This document shows, in pieces, positions 24,666 to 37,640 of a stretch of 64,000 nucleotides of DNA (the first letter of the stretch is position 1; the number at the start of each line of letters is the position of its first letter). A program made the translations under genes and the position numbers. The notes under the pieces are model-generated. The model was not told where the DNA came from. It saw only the letters and a list, made by a program, of their open reading frames with translations, and searched no databases. This stretch comes from Octopus sinensis (lineage: Eukaryota), in assembly GCF_006345805.1 (NCBI RefSeq), contig NC_042997.1, forward strand, positions 22,878,001 to 22,942,000. Reading direction: 5' to 3'.

Positions 24666-26439
24666 TTGTGGAATTGCTTTCTTGATGCCTATAGAAAGAA
24701 AGCTGTACATAGCCGTTCTTTCAAGCTAATGTTAAAGAGAGCTAACTGCTAACTCAGAGAAAGTTAAATAAAACATCTTGTTTATAGCTGCTGTGAGAAA
24801 GTGAAAAGAAACAATTGGAGTTTTGTTTAGATAGTTAAAATGGCAGACAGATTATTGGTCTCTTATTGGCTCAAATAAAACATGTGACAAAATGGTAAAA
24901 CTGAAATGTTACTTGTTACATGACCTAAATGAAGCTGCTATAAGTACTTCTTATTTTACTATAAGGAAAATAGTTATGTCTTTATTTTGTATCATGGAAG
25001 AGTCATGACAAAAACTACTAAATAAATTACATGGTGTACTTCTGAATGACATACAGAAAAAAATCTCAATTAATTAAAATTTGTCTTAGAAGCAAAACCT
25101 AATAGTAATTATTAGTGATGCTCAAAGAAAAGGGGATATATATTTTTAAAAATCAATAATTCGTCTCATCATCATTAACATTCTCATCATCATCATTTTT
25201 GTCATTATCAGCATTCTCATCATCATTGTCATTGTTTTACATAAGCTAAATGATACTTACAAAATTAATCTACATGCTTCGAAGGAAATCTGATTGCTGC
25301 TTGTCTCAAACATATTTGTATCTTATAGGACCTCATGAGTTAAACAGTTAAACTTGAACTTGTTTGATCAGTTAACTAAAGTTTTTACATATACAGAATT
25401 ATGAAGATCTTTGGCCAGTAGGAATTTTCATTATCAAAAACGAAAAATAACTGACATGGGCCAATATCAAGAATTGAGAAACATTAACCCATTTTAACGC
25501 AGGTTAACCCTGTCAAAATTTTGAAGATAGTTATATAAATAGGGATAACAAACATGCAAAAGTGTCTAGTTAACCTTTATTGCAGTAAATAAACCAAATA
25601 CAACTGTCCTCAGATGAGGACAGTGGATTAATGAAGGTTAAGTGACAGATGCAAAAAGATTTTCACTTAATTGAAATCTCTCCCATTAGTCAGAGAATGA
25701 CACAAAACTTGGTAAATTGCCAGCTACAAAAAGATAAGGGATAAATAATTTCAAGAAATTAGAAATAATTCTGCAGAATTAATTCATATGCTTAATGAGA
25801 AAATCTGATCTTTGTTACCAAACAAGTTGTGGATATGTTTCTGTCTTATTGGACATGTTAAAAATTGTTTTGTTATATACTAAAAACAGTCAAAAAATCT
25901 TTTAAGAAATAAACTTGTTTCAGTTTCACAAACCAAAGTAACTTACGATGCAAGAACAAATTCAAAGTATTTGTTGTTCATTGTGAATAAAAGTAATCTA
26001 ATACTAACCTTTGTATGACCTCTTACACTTGTTTAAAATCAGAAAAATTTGACCTCATTTTTCTTTGAATTTTCTAACCTGTGGGCTCAATATATTATTA
26101 AATCTGCTATCAACCTATATTATAGAAAACCTGAAGAAAGAAAAATAATTTTTTTAATCTAACTGCTCTACCTTTCATTTCAAAACCTATACCAATATGG
26201 ACTTCACCAATTTCTCTTGTGTTATTTGGCAACTTTGACCTTATAATTTAATTTGACATTCTGCTACAAACTTTTCCTTCAGTAATCATTTTGATCTGGT
26301 CAAGTGAGTTTTAATGGACTATTAGTTTATACTCTGTATATTTTTAGTGATATAAAATTCCTAACTTTAATTCATCAATCAGAAACTTATGTCTTTTACA
26401 TGATATTTCAGTCAAAAATATTTTGAATGTTTTAGTTTA

Positions 26440-27830
26440 TAAAGTGTTTTTCCCATGTACATAGGCTCCCAAAAGCATAAAAAAAATTTCCCAAACGTTT
26501 GAGTTCTAGGTAAATGAATTAGAACCTGCAATTATAAAGAATATAAGGGATAATGAAGGTAAGCCTATTGACATTTTCAAATTATGCTTTACTGAGGGAC
26601 ATATATGCAAAGAAACAGTTAAATATGCATCCCAAAAAGGAGATATACAATTTACTTTGTTGAAGATCTTTACAAATATTTTGGAATCCTTTTAAAAGAC
26701 TGTATTAGAAGACTCGTCCAGATGCAGATAACTTTCTAGTAAGCCATTCTATTAGTAGAAATAAATTTGAAAAGATTCGTCAATATATACTCTTCAATGA
26801 TAACATGACAATTGATCCTTGTGACAAAGTTTATAAAATTAGGCCTCTCCTAGACCATCTAAATGAGAAATTCTGTGAGTTCATTCTACCAATGGGTAAA
26901 ACTTTTTCTCTTGATAAGGCAATGGAGCCTTACTATGGGCACCATGGAATGGAGCAGTTTATAAGAGGAAAGCCAATCCATTATGGATTTAAGATTTGGT
27001 GTCTAACAACAGAGGGGTATTTGATTAGATTTTATCCATATACTGGTGCAGAAGACAAAGTGGCTGGAAAACCTCTTGGATCTTCAGTAACAGAAAGACT
27101 TTGTTGAGGTTTTGTACTTCAGGGTGCTTGCATCTTTATGGACAATTATTTCACTTCCTTACCTTTGATGCAGTCACTGTCAAGCACGCATGTTGGAACT
27201 ATCAGGAAAGACCGAATTGAGCAGGCACCTGCAGAGGATCTAAGTAATGCTCAGCGAGGTACATATTGTGCAGTTGAAGATCAAGCAAATGGAATTACTC
27301 TTGTTAGGTGGAATGATAATAACCAAGTTACTTTAGTTACAAATTCAAAAAACAGTTGGAAGTTGTTAGCAATGGAAGAAAACTGAAAGAAAGCACCTTA
27401 CTGTTCCACAACCCAATGTCACTAAGTTATACAACAAACGAATGGGAGGAATTTGATCTTTTTTATAAAATGAGAGGATATTACAGAATAAGAGTTAGAT
27501 AAAAAAAAAGTGGTATTGGCCTTTGTTTCACTTTTGTCTCAATGGGAGTATGGTGAATCTATAGATCTTGTACTGTCAAATTGAAAAGAACATTTCTCTC
27601 TTAGAATTCGCCAGACAAATTGTTATGACACTACTTGCTGCACCAGACTTAGGACCAAAGCAAGGAGTCCGTCCTAAAACAATGAAACAGTTAGATTTTA
27701 TGGTAAAAACCACTGGGTCAACAAAAATTATACACAGAGGTGTGCAGCATGCGAAAAATGTGCCAAGTTTGTATGTATCAAATGTAATGTTGGACTTCAT
27801 CCTGATATGTATCTTGTAGCTTACCATCAG
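26440..27830 (+). pseudogene. Fossil piggyBac (PGBD2/3-like) transposase
   Basis: DKVYKIRPLLDHLNEKF, SLDKAMEPYYGHHGMEQFIRGKPIHYGFKIWC, MDNYFTS, GTIRKDR, RWNDN, YNKRMGGI(D), KKWYWPLF. All three catalytic-Asp motifs are traceable but broken by stops and frameshifts; element ends not resolved. Confidence 0.92.
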
Positions 27831-28373
27831 TAAAGGCAAAAATTAAATGATTTCTTGTCATAATGACTATTAATATTAATGATTTTTTAGTGTAATTTCT
27901 TTCAATAAAGAAATGTAAAAGAACATTTTCTTTATCCCTAAACTCTTATGAACTAGGAAAATCCAAGCATATATATCATACATTAAAAAAACATGAAAAC
28001 CGCAAATTTTTTTGTAAAAAACAATATGAGTACTTTAAATGCAGTGTCCCAAACACCAGATTAAATTTTTATTAAAAAATTCAACTTTTTTAATTTGGGG
28101 TATTAGTGGGAAAGAAAATTAAAATATTTAAAAGTATTCATTAATGAGAGTATTGTACACTTACATTTTCAGTGTCAATTCTTTGTTCACTCATTCTACT
28201 TTACAAATAATGAGCATAGCAACCAAAGTAAAATAATAGAATTTGAGAGAATTAGGGCTGGTCTGCAAATAATTGTGCAAAGAGTTTTCAAAGTAGAATA
28301 AATTATCTTAGAGAAACTCTGATATGTTATGGTTTATCTGGGCTAAAGAACACAAATTGTAACCCTACTAGTT

Positions 28374-28590
28374 TTTTTTTTCTACTCTAGACACAAGGCC
28401 CGATATTTTTAGGGAGGGGATCAGTCGATTAGATCAACCCCAGAATGCAACTGGGACTTAATTTATCGACCCCAAAAGGATGAAAGGCAAAGTCGACTTC
28501 AGCGGAATGTGAACTCAGAACACAATGACACGAAATACTACTAAGCATTTCATCTAGCATGTTAACATTTCTGCTAGCTCACCACTTTAA
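28374..28590 (-). mobile_element. SINE family B (tail type 2) with 13-bp TSD
   Basis: TSD AACCCTACTAGTT at 28361-28373 and 28591-28603. Confidence 0.9.
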
Positions 28591-29309
28591 AACCCTACTA
28601 GTTATTGCCTAACCCCCACATAAAACCTAAATCAATATAGCAAAGGCAATGAACATACCATCTTTCTTCTCTCCTTTTTTTGCTTTGAGTGGATCTGGTG
28701 GACCAGAGCTGAAGGATACTTGGTACACACACACATGCACATGTGTGTGTATGTCTGTGTGTATATGTGTCTCCTTGTCTTGAGATTGTGTATGTCACCA
28801 TCATACAAGTGATTTAGATTTAACTTAATTTAGTATTTAATGAACCAAACAGCCACTCAGCACCACAGTTTAAAGAGGGGAGGTGTGTGGAGATAAAAAG
28901 GAAGGACGGTAGAAAATAATATAATTGATAATAATTTTAAAATTAAAAAAAAATAAAACTAAAAAGTAAAAGGTGGAAAGAAAATCTTTAAAAATAAAAT
29001 GTGTTCCTTTGAATATTCTTTATCTACCTCTGTTGTGTGTGTACTGGCTCTCTCAAGAGACGGATGAATGAAAAAAGATGGTTTAAAATAAAAGCAAGTT
29101 TGAATGAAATAGCAAGAAAGAAAAAAAATGCTTTGCGGGATATTTCTTTGCTTGTATATATTTGCCTTTCTTTCTTTCTTTCTTTGAAAACCACTTCTGG
29201 ATCAAATCACCCACACATTTCTTTCTTTTTATGGTTGAAAGATTGGGGTAACATCCAAAATAATGAGGTGGGGTGGAAATTGAGAGGGGAAAAAGCAGTG
29301 GCTTGTTGA

Positions 29310-29990
29310 TTCGCTATGCCTAGCTCTCACTCTCCAATCCTGTCCTCACACCCCTGCTCTTCCGTATCATTGCTATCCAGTAGCCTCTCCAACTCTATAT
29401 ATACCCAAGTCTTTCGTCACTTACTTGCACTCTTTAATCGCACTCACTTCGCAATATCCTGTCACTTATATTATGGCATTTGGAAAACAAGGGTATGCCC
29501 TGGCATTTGCCACTATTTATATCTCTCTCTTCCTTTACTCAACCATCTCATTTATACTCTGATCCCCGTTCCTTGTAAGCATACCTGACATTTTGCCACC
29601 ATCTCCATCCTGCGGTTTTCCACTCTCTCCCTCTCTCTCACTCCTTCTCCTGCACTTCCCTCAGGCTGGGCAACTGTGTATTTTCTTTGCGGTAGCCCAC
29701 CTGTTTTTGTCTTCATCCCTGATCTTTCTCTCTCTAGGCAGGTAACCTTGTACTTCTTCTTCAGCAAGACGCCTATATCTGTCTCACTATAACCTTTTCA
29801 TCATCACCTCCTCCAATGCCTCCTCCCCTCTTAAAAGGTTTTTTTCTTGCAAGTACTTGGTGATCCTGTCAGTGCAGGTGCCACTTAAAAGCATCCAGTC
29901 CACACTGTAAAGTGGTTGGTGTTTGGAAGGACATCCAGCTGTAAAAACCTTGCTAAAACTGACTTCGCCTGTGCTTGTGCCACATGAAAA
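29310..29990 (+). mobile_element. Pyrimidine-rich-body retroelement with truncated RTE tail
   Basis: cttgcaagtacttggtga landmark, then gtgccacttaaaagcatccagtccacactgtaaagtggttggtg...catccagctgtaaaaac. Confidence 0.6.
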
Positions 29991-30194
29991 GATGGAAAGA
30001 AAGTTTTATCTTCTTTCTTACAAACAACCACTTTTGTCTTAGTTAGGTTAACTTTAAGGCCCTCTGATTCCAGGTTTTGTTACCACACCTGGAATTTCTT
30101 CTCGACTTCTGCTAAAGATTCTGCAATAAGAGCAAGTTCTGCAATATTTGAAAAGTTTCCTCCTACTTTTTTGAGTTGCAGTCTTTACTCTCTT

Positions 30195-30418
30195 TTTTTT
30201 TACTCTCTTTTACTTGTTTCAGTCATTTGACTGTGGCCATGCTAGAGCACTGCCTTTAGTTAAACAAACCGACCCCAGGACTTATTCTTTGTAAGCCTAG
30301 TACTTATTGTATCGGTCGCTTATGCTGAACCACTAAGTTACGGGAACGTAAACACACCAGCATAGGTTGTCAAGCAACGTTGGGGGGACAAACAGAGACA
30401 CACATACACACACACACA

Positions 30419-30461
<43 letters not shown>

Positions 30462-30626
30462 CACGACGGACTTTTTCAGTTTCTGTCTACCAAATCCACT
30501 CACAAGGCTTTAGTCGGCCCAAGGCTATAGTAGAAGACACTTGCCCAAAGTGCCATGCAGTAGGACTGAACCCAGAACCATGTGGTTGATAAGCAAGCTA
30601 CTTACCACACAGCCACTCCTACACCT
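30195..30626 (-). mobile_element. SINE family A, full length
   Basis: Complete reverse complement from tail (ttttacttgtttcagtcatttgactg) to head (cttaccacacagccactcctacacc). Confidence 0.92.
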
Positions 30627-30961
30627 ATAGATTAATCTTAGATAACACATCTGCATCTATACTTGGTAGAAATAAAGGCATCCCAAATATTATTTTGGCA
30701 AGTTTAAAATGATTTCTTTTGTGTCATAAACCATTTACCATTTCTGTGGTGCCCTCTTCTTCCCTTGACGCCCTAAGCACATGCTTATTTTGCTTAATTG
30801 TTAATCCAGTACTGGCTATAACATTATCTTCCTGGCAGCAGTTACCTGTCCAAGATAAGAAAGAGCAGACTAAGCATAGAGCATCTTTTCTAACCCTTTC
30901 CTCATGCTAAGAGGGAAATAGAACATATTTAAAGAGGACTGCTCATTATTTTAGATGGAAG

Positions 30962-31180
30962 AGGGCAGTGAGCTGGCTGAATTGTTAGAATGCAGGGCAA
31001 AATGCTTAGCTGTATTTCATGTCTTTACATTCTGAGTTCAAATTCCACCGAGATTGACTTTGTCTTTCATCCCTTAGAGACAGTGGTAGGGCGGGGGTGA
31101 TAAAATAAGTACCAATTGAACACCAGAGTCAATGTAATCCACTCTCTGAAATTGCTGGCCTTATGCCAAAATTTGAAACC
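30962..31180 (+). mobile_element. SINE family B (tail type 2)
   Basis: gcagtgagctggctgaattgttag...gagttcaaattccaccgagattgactttg...attgctggccttatgccaaaatttgaaac. Confidence 0.82.
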
Positions 31181-31185
31181 AATTA

Positions 31186-31850
31186 TGTTTTGCTTGAGAA
31201 GAAGACCCATCAAGCCAAGTAAAATTGCAGTCATGGCAGATACCTATTTCTTTACTACCCACAAGGGGCTAAGCACAGAGAGGACAAACAAGGACAGACA
31301 AATGAATTAAGTCGATTATATCAACCCCCCAGTCCGTAATTGGTATTTATTTAATCGACCCCGAAAGGATGAAAGGCAAAGTCGACCTTGGCGGAATTTG
31401 AACTCAGAACTCAGACGAAATACGGCTACGCATTTCGCCCGGCGTGCTAACATTTCTGCCAGCTCTCCGCCATGGCAGATACCAGTATCATGCAAATGGA
31501 ACCCATGCCAGTGGCATGTAAAAGCACCTTTTGAGCATTGGTCCTCATGGAGGCAAGGGCTGAGATCATTCGGTATTATGCCATGGGTGAGAAGAAGACC
31601 CATCAAGCCAAGTAAAACTGCAGTTATGGCAGATACTGGTGCTGTGCAAATGGCATCCATGCCGGTGGCACATAAATGCACCCATTAAACTCTCAGAGTA
31701 GTTGGTGTTAGGAAGGGTATCCATCCATAGAAGCCATGCCAAGATAGACTGGAGTCTGGTGCAGCCTCCCAGCTTGCTAGTGCTAGTCAAACTGTTCAAC
31801 CCATGGACAACAGCCGTTAAATGGTGATGATGATGATAATGATGATGAAT
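31186..31850 (+). mobile_element. RTE 3'-UTR copy (family C) interrupted by a SINE B
   Basis: Duplicated unit gagaagaagacccatcaagccaagtaaaa.tgcagt.atggcagatac; RTE tail ending in (TGA)n. Confidence 0.75.
31245..31470 (-). mobile_element. Young SINE family B (tail type 1) with 13-bp TSD
   Basis: TSD CATGGCAGATACC at 31232-31244 and 31471-31483; CpGs retained. Confidence 0.92.
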
Positions 31851-32107
31851 GTCTTCGGTGAATGCTAAATTCTTTTTCCTACTTTAGTCTTCACACGACA
31901 ATTTTATATCTTTTGACCTCAGTGGGTAGGATTGGGCACTTATTTATTTGAGATTGGATTTTTTAATCTCACCATTAATATTTATATTATACTTCAAGTA
32001 AAAAAACAGTCTGGATTTTTAATTTTTTAGAATAAAGGATTAAGAATCTCCAAAAGGTTTTTTATTTTAGAAAAAGTTTTCTTTTTTTAATTTATTATTA
32101 TTTCTAA

Positions 32108-32327
32108 CCCTTCAGTATTCAGATTACTTTGTCAAATGTAATGCTTATTTAGTCACATTGTTTTCAATTAATCATGTATTATCTTGTAATTTTGAGATTT
32201 TGATGATGTGATTGTTTATTTTTAGAATGACATTGTGGGGTAGATGTGAGAGGTCCAATATGGCTGGTTTGAACATAAAACATATAAAATATTTGGGCTG
32301 GATATGGCTAGTTTAAATGCTAAAGGA
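32108..32327. mobile_element. piggyBac-type MITE copy
   Basis: CCCTTCAGTATT...AAATGCTAAAGGA + TTAA; body aligns with the 5750 copy. Confidence 0.8.
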
Positions 32328-33287
32328 TTAAAGCAAAAACTGATCAAGGCTAAAGGATAAAGGATTAACAACTGCATTAGTTTTTGTGTATAAATATATT
32401 TTGCTGACATTTGAAGTGTACAAATAGATTTTATTTGTATAAGTATTTTTATTTTCGTCCTTGGTATCTGTAACTGAAACAAAAGAATTTTAAATTTTCT
32501 GAAAACGAAACAACTAGAGCAAACAAGTATGATTATACATTTCAAATGCATATAAAATATATTCACATACAAAACAAACAACTAATGCAAACAAATATAT
32601 TTAATACATTTCAAATGTAAATAAAATATATTTACATGCAAAACAAAACTACAGCAGATGTCAATCCCTTAACACTATCAGCTTTAAATTGAAAAGAAAA
32701 ATATTACATTTTTCATTTTTAAGCATAAACATTTTTAAGCATAAACATTTGTAAAGTGTCTAAAAAAAAAATAGAGCAAAATAAAGAAGTTAGAGATGGG
32801 GGTTAGAAAAATTCATATCAAAACAAATGAGGGCTTTGGATTCTGATTACAGCCTGGTATTTTCAGTAGTTACTGTATAACCACTCCTTTTGACAAGACT
32901 GCTGTGAAATGCACTTACAGGCTCTAACATTACCAATGTATATCCGTACAAACGATAAAAAGAACTTAAAAACACTACAACTCGAAAAATGTTCAATTGT
33001 ACTTAAAAACGCTTGTTGAAAAAAATGGAAGGAAAGTATATGTACACAACAGAAGTTTTTATTTTTCTATAATGCTGTTTAGTCCGATTTCAGCTGGAAA
33101 GGCTTTCCAGCTATGACAATCCAATCTTTTGGGAACTATCCAGGATTACACAATTCAATATGCTCTTCTTTGTTTAGAATGGTAGATGTGATTTGAAGGA
33201 GATTTGGCTAGTATTTCTAACATGCTGAGTAACAACTTACAGGCTTCCTCATTGGTTCTATTTCTGTAAAGATGATAATGAAAATGA

Positions 33288-33740
33288 CCTTTTACTTGTT
33301 TCAGTCATTAGGCTGTGGCCATGCAGGAGCATTGCCTTCAAAAAGTTTTAGTTGAATGAATCACCCCCAGTGCCTATTATTGCTTTTAAACCTTGTACTT
33401 ATGCTATCAGTCTCTGTTGCCAAACAACTGCAGGGACAAAAACACACCAAACAGTCGTCAAGCAGTCATGGGAGACAAAGATAGACACACACATATACAA
33501 ACACACATAAACATGCACACACACACAAACATGCACACACACACACACACACACACACCACACACACACACACACGACAGGCTTCTTTCAGTTACTGACT
33601 GCCAAATCCATTCATAATACTTTGGTCAGTCTGAGGTTATATCAGAAGACACTTGCCCAAGGTGTTATGCAGTGGGACTGAACCCAGAAGTATGTAGTTT
33701 GGAAGCAAGTTTCTTACCATACAGCTATGCCTGCACCTAT
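33288..33740 (-). mobile_element. SINE family A, full length, with expanded (CA)n centre
   Basis: ttttacttgtttcagtcatt...ggcttctttcag...gggactgaacccag...cttaccatacagctatgcc. Confidence 0.85.
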
Positions 33741-33936
33741 ACAGCTATGCCCGAACCTCAAAACCACATAAAATAAAACAGACTATAAATTTAAATCTTA
33801 GAAATATTCATCCCAAAACAAAGATTCGAATGCCTTTATAAATTAGCCCCTTAATTGAATTAAAAATAGTGAATTCAGAAGCAGAATCAATAGATTTGTA
33901 CATAAGCTTGGATCTAAACACTAATAAATCCTTTAA

Positions 33937-34155
33937 TCTGAAAACATTCAGATTACTGTGCAAAATGTAATGCTAATTTATTCACATTGTTTTGAATTGA
34001 TCATGCATTACCTTGTAGCTTTGGGATTGCAATGAGGTGATTGCTTATTTTTAGGAGGACATTGTAAGGTAGGTGTGAGAGGCTGGATCTGGTCAGTTTG
34101 AATATAATCCATGTAGAATATTTCAGCCAGATGGCTGGTCTGAATACTGAAAGGT
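33937..34155. mobile_element. piggyBac-type MITE copy (degraded ends)
   Basis: cattcagattactgtgcaaaatgtaatgc...taggtgtgagaggctggatctggtcagtttg...gaatactgaaaggtt. Confidence 0.7.
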
Positions 34156-34909
34156 TACAGATCTGGTGATAAAACAAAAACAAGTAAGAAAATATACTAA
34201 CTGCACTATATACAAAAGTACAACATCAAACAGACTGCTTTGTGGTAATTGTTCTGACTCTCTGTTCTCTGGGTTCAAATCCTGCCTGAGGCCAACTTAG
34301 CCATTCACTTCTTCAGAGTCAATAAAAAAAAAAGTACCTACCCAAGGCATTGGATTAGTGGAACTGTTATAACATCAAACCAGACCCCTTCTGGCATTTG
34401 TCCTGGCTTTTTGCATTCTGAGTTCATATCCCACCATGACCTACTTGGATGGTAGACTTAATCTACCACTTGCTTTATTAACATCACCATCTGGAACCTT
34501 GAATGCCTTTAGTGGGACCCATTCTGTTGCAAGCATTCAAACCTGATCTCTACGTCAAGGATACCTTCCTTCCTCAGACCAGTTTTGGAGACCTGATGTC
34601 ATGGGCTCTGTCTTCCCTCCTAATTACAAGATATAAAAAAAAAAACACTATTAAATGGCGGTGCCCCAGCATGGCCACAGCTCGTGAGCTGAAACTAGAA
34701 TCAATCAATCAATCATTACAATGCACAAAACTTCTCATTTCATTTTTAGACAGTTCTCTCAGTCTTCCTCTCAGATAAGCTATTTGGTGGTTGTTGTTGC
34801 TGTTGTATAGCTCTAGATTAGTTGATCAAGCAAACCTTGCAGTTACACTGCTCCCATATCTGCGATTGTGCAGCTGCTACACACACGGAAAATCTTGGTT
34901 ATTATCATC

Positions 34910-35180
34910 ATTTAACATCTGTTCTTCATGCTAGCATAGGTTTGATGGCTTGACATTAGTGGGCAAACCAGAAAACCGTGCCAAGCTCCAGTGTCTACTT
35001 TGGCACAGTTTCTATGAATGCAAGCCCTTCCTAACATCAACCACTTTAAAGATTGTGGGTGCTTTCCATTCTGTAAAGTGGCTGGCCTTAGGAAGGGTAT
35101 CTAGCTGTAGAAACTATGCCAAAGCATACTTTGGAACTTGGTGCAGTCCTTTGTCCATTCAACCTGTCTATTCAACCTAT
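34910..35180 (-). mobile_element. Family C RTE-tail copy (degraded, partly rearranged)
   Basis: catcatttaacatctgttcttcatgctagcatagg...cccttcctaacatcaaccact. Confidence 0.7.
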
Positions 35181-35544
35181 TCCACCCGACTGATTGGTAT
35201 AAAGTCTCTCATCAACACTCCACAGTTTCTGACCCACAGATGTAAAAGAAATGGTAACCTTCTTGAGTCATGGCAACTCATAACGGCTGGTTTCCAGGGC
35301 ATATAAATTCCCCGATCATGAGTCCAACACCTTAACCACTAAGCCATAGGGTTCAGGACAACTCAATACTGCCAACTTAACACCGCTGACTCAATGCCAA
35401 CACAAATCAACACCAGGAAAATTGATTAATGAATAATTTATTCATTTTTTAACATTATCAGGTACTTATAAATAAAAGGTGTTGATTGCCAACATTGGTA
35501 GAAAAATATGAATTCTTGGTATTCCTTCTTTGAATGGTTTAAAG

Positions 35545-36130
35545 CAGGGATGGGGAACCTGTGGCCTTAAGGCTGCATACAGCCTTCTGGGTTAACAAGT
35601 GCAGCCTTTGATGTAAATGTTAATATATATTTTTTAAGACTTTGATTTTCTTTGTCTATAGTTTTTATGCATAAATTTACAATACACACACATATATAGA
35701 TAAGAGGAAAAATAACTGTGTTCAGTAATATCACTCCCAGAAATTGGAAGCATTTTTCTATGAACCTAATGAATATAAACTTAAAGCAGCATGGCTATAA
35801 AGACAACATTTCCTTGTCAGTCATACCAGCCTAGTAGGAGTGAGTAGCCTCACGCATGATACGTGTAGAGTTTCTGTCTCGTATACCTCCTCACTGTGGT
35901 TTGTGCTAAGTACTACTCAATGACTTCACAAGTGATACATGCAGAGTTCTTGTCTCGTCTACCTCCTCGCTGTGGTCTGCACTACACGTGATTCAGTTAA
36001 TTGTAGTCGTGATTAAGTTCATAGTGACTTGTGAAATTATAAGTCTGAGTTAGTTATAGCCTCATTTGAAAGCGTACATTCACCAGTGCACGCGTTGTTT
36101 TGCAGATTTCCTTTTTGTTACTGAGACTTA
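35545..36130 (+). mobile_element. hAT (Charlie-like) left-end fragment with a 76-bp-period direct repeat
   Basis: CAGGGATGGGGAACCTGTGGCC terminus typical of hAT MITEs. tgatac..g.agagtt..tgtctcgt.tacctcctc.ctgtggt.tg at 35857 and 35933. No matching right end seen. Confidence 0.5.
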
Positions 36131-36527
36131 ATTAGTAACAATGATCGAATTCATTGCTGCTCTGTTAGGCCTACTGCACACTGTTCCAGATAAAACGGTC
36201 TTAGATAAGACATGATCAATCAGCATCCGAAATCTTGGAATCTTGGTCATGACTTTAGCAATTGTCATTGTTTTGATTGAAAACTGTCAATATTTGGCAT
36301 TATTTCTATATTAATTGGGTAATGATAAATAATAGTACTAATTACAGAAAAGAATATTACAAATCTAGATGATATTTATTCTTGAATGGTAGTGACAATT
36401 GCCAAATTCAAGACCAAGAATATGGTTTTGGATGCAGATTTATTATGGTCTTGTCTGAGATCATTTTTTCTGGGTTAGTGTGCAGCCAGCCTTACTAATT
36501 CATTATCAACCTTTTATTTTTTATCAG

Positions 36528-36653
36528 TATTCCAGGATAAAAACAATTTTCAAGAAGAAGAGCGCAGGAGTGCCATGGCACTCCCACGTTCTTCTTCTTC
36601 TTCTTCTTCTTCTTCTTCTACCAAGAGTTCACAACCACCTCAAACACACAAGA
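36528..36653 (+). other. Candidate 126-nt exon (xFQDKNNFQEEERRSAMALPR-S10-TKSSQPPQTHK), gene unknown
   Basis: Branch-like TACTAAT at ~36493, tract cttttattttttatcag|, donor A|gtaagc. Length is a multiple of 3; internal ATG in GCCATGG Kozak context. No homology recognised. Confidence 0.45.
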
Positions 36654-36902
36654 GTAAGCAAGAAAGATAGAAGTAGGTAGAAACAAGGAAAATACCACTT
36701 GTATTTGAACACTATGCAAATATTCTTTTAAAAAACTTTTCTTTTAATTTTTCCAAAATTTAATTGTTTTCCTTACTTACAGTTGAAAAAGTCTGAAACA
36801 GATACTGAAATGTTTCTTATAAAATTATTTTAGCATTTTCTACCTTGATTTGTTTTTCCATATATATCAACTCGTGTGTTCCTTTCCAACCTTCTACATA
36901 TA

Positions 36903-36989
36903 ACATCATCCTCATCATCATCATCACCACCACCACCACCACTGCCGCCGCCGCCGCCACCACCACCACTGCCGCCGCCGCCGCCGCCG

Positions 36990-37022
<33 letters not shown>

Positions 37023-37420
37023 TCATTGTTTAACGTCCGTTTTCCATGCTAGCATGGGTTGGAGGATTTGACAGAGGACTGGCGAACCAGATGGCTGCAC
37101 CAGGCTCCAATCTTGATCTGGCAGAGTTTCTACAGCTGAATGCCCTTCCTAACACCAACCACTCCAAGAGTGTAATGAGTGCTTTTACATGCTACCGGCA
37201 CAAGTGCCAGTCAGGCGGTACTGGCAACAGCCACGCTCAAATGGTGTTTTTTATGTGCCACCTGCACAGTAGCCATTCCAGCAGCACTGGCAATGATCTC
37301 GCTCAAATGTTTTTTCACGTGCCAGTAAGGTGACACTGGTAACGATCATACTTGAATGATGCTTTTTACGTGCCGCTCTGGCAACGATCACACTTGGATG
37401 GTGCTCTTAGCACTCCACTA
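36903..37420 (-). mobile_element. Family C RTE-tail copy with expanded CAT/CAC/CGC tail
   Basis: Compound trinucleotide run at 36903-37027 directly abuts gtttaacgtccgttttccatgctagcatgggttgg. Confidence 0.85.
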
Positions 37421-37484
37421 ACACTACATATATATCTCTCTCTCTTTGGGAGAGGCACAAGCACCTACATGCACATATACATAC

Positions 37485-37640
37485 ACGGCAGTAACTTTCG
37501 CCTACTGAATTCAATCACAAAGCTTTGGTCAGCTCGGGGCTATAGCAGAAGACACATGTCCAAATTCCCATGCAGTGGGACTGAACCCGAAACCACATAG
37601 CTGGGAAGCAAGCTCCCTAACCACACAGCCATGCCCACAT
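37485..37640 (-). mobile_element. SINE family A, 5' half
   Basis: cacaaagctttggtcagctcggggctatagcagaagacac...gggactgaacccg...ctaaccacacagccatgccc. Confidence 0.8.

Noticed and set aside
26440-27830. Domesticated PGBD gene
   Set aside because: Multiple stops and frameshifts, including at the third catalytic Asp motif.
25480-28110. Full piggyBac element boundaries
   Set aside because: TTAACCC at ~25484 and GTATTAGTGGG at ~28100 match only weakly and the right TTAA is absent; ends not called.
36781-36804. Minus-strand micro-exon (catttcag|24 nt|gtaagt)
   Set aside because: Isolated, weak polypyrimidine tract, no partner exons, and no recognisable peptide.
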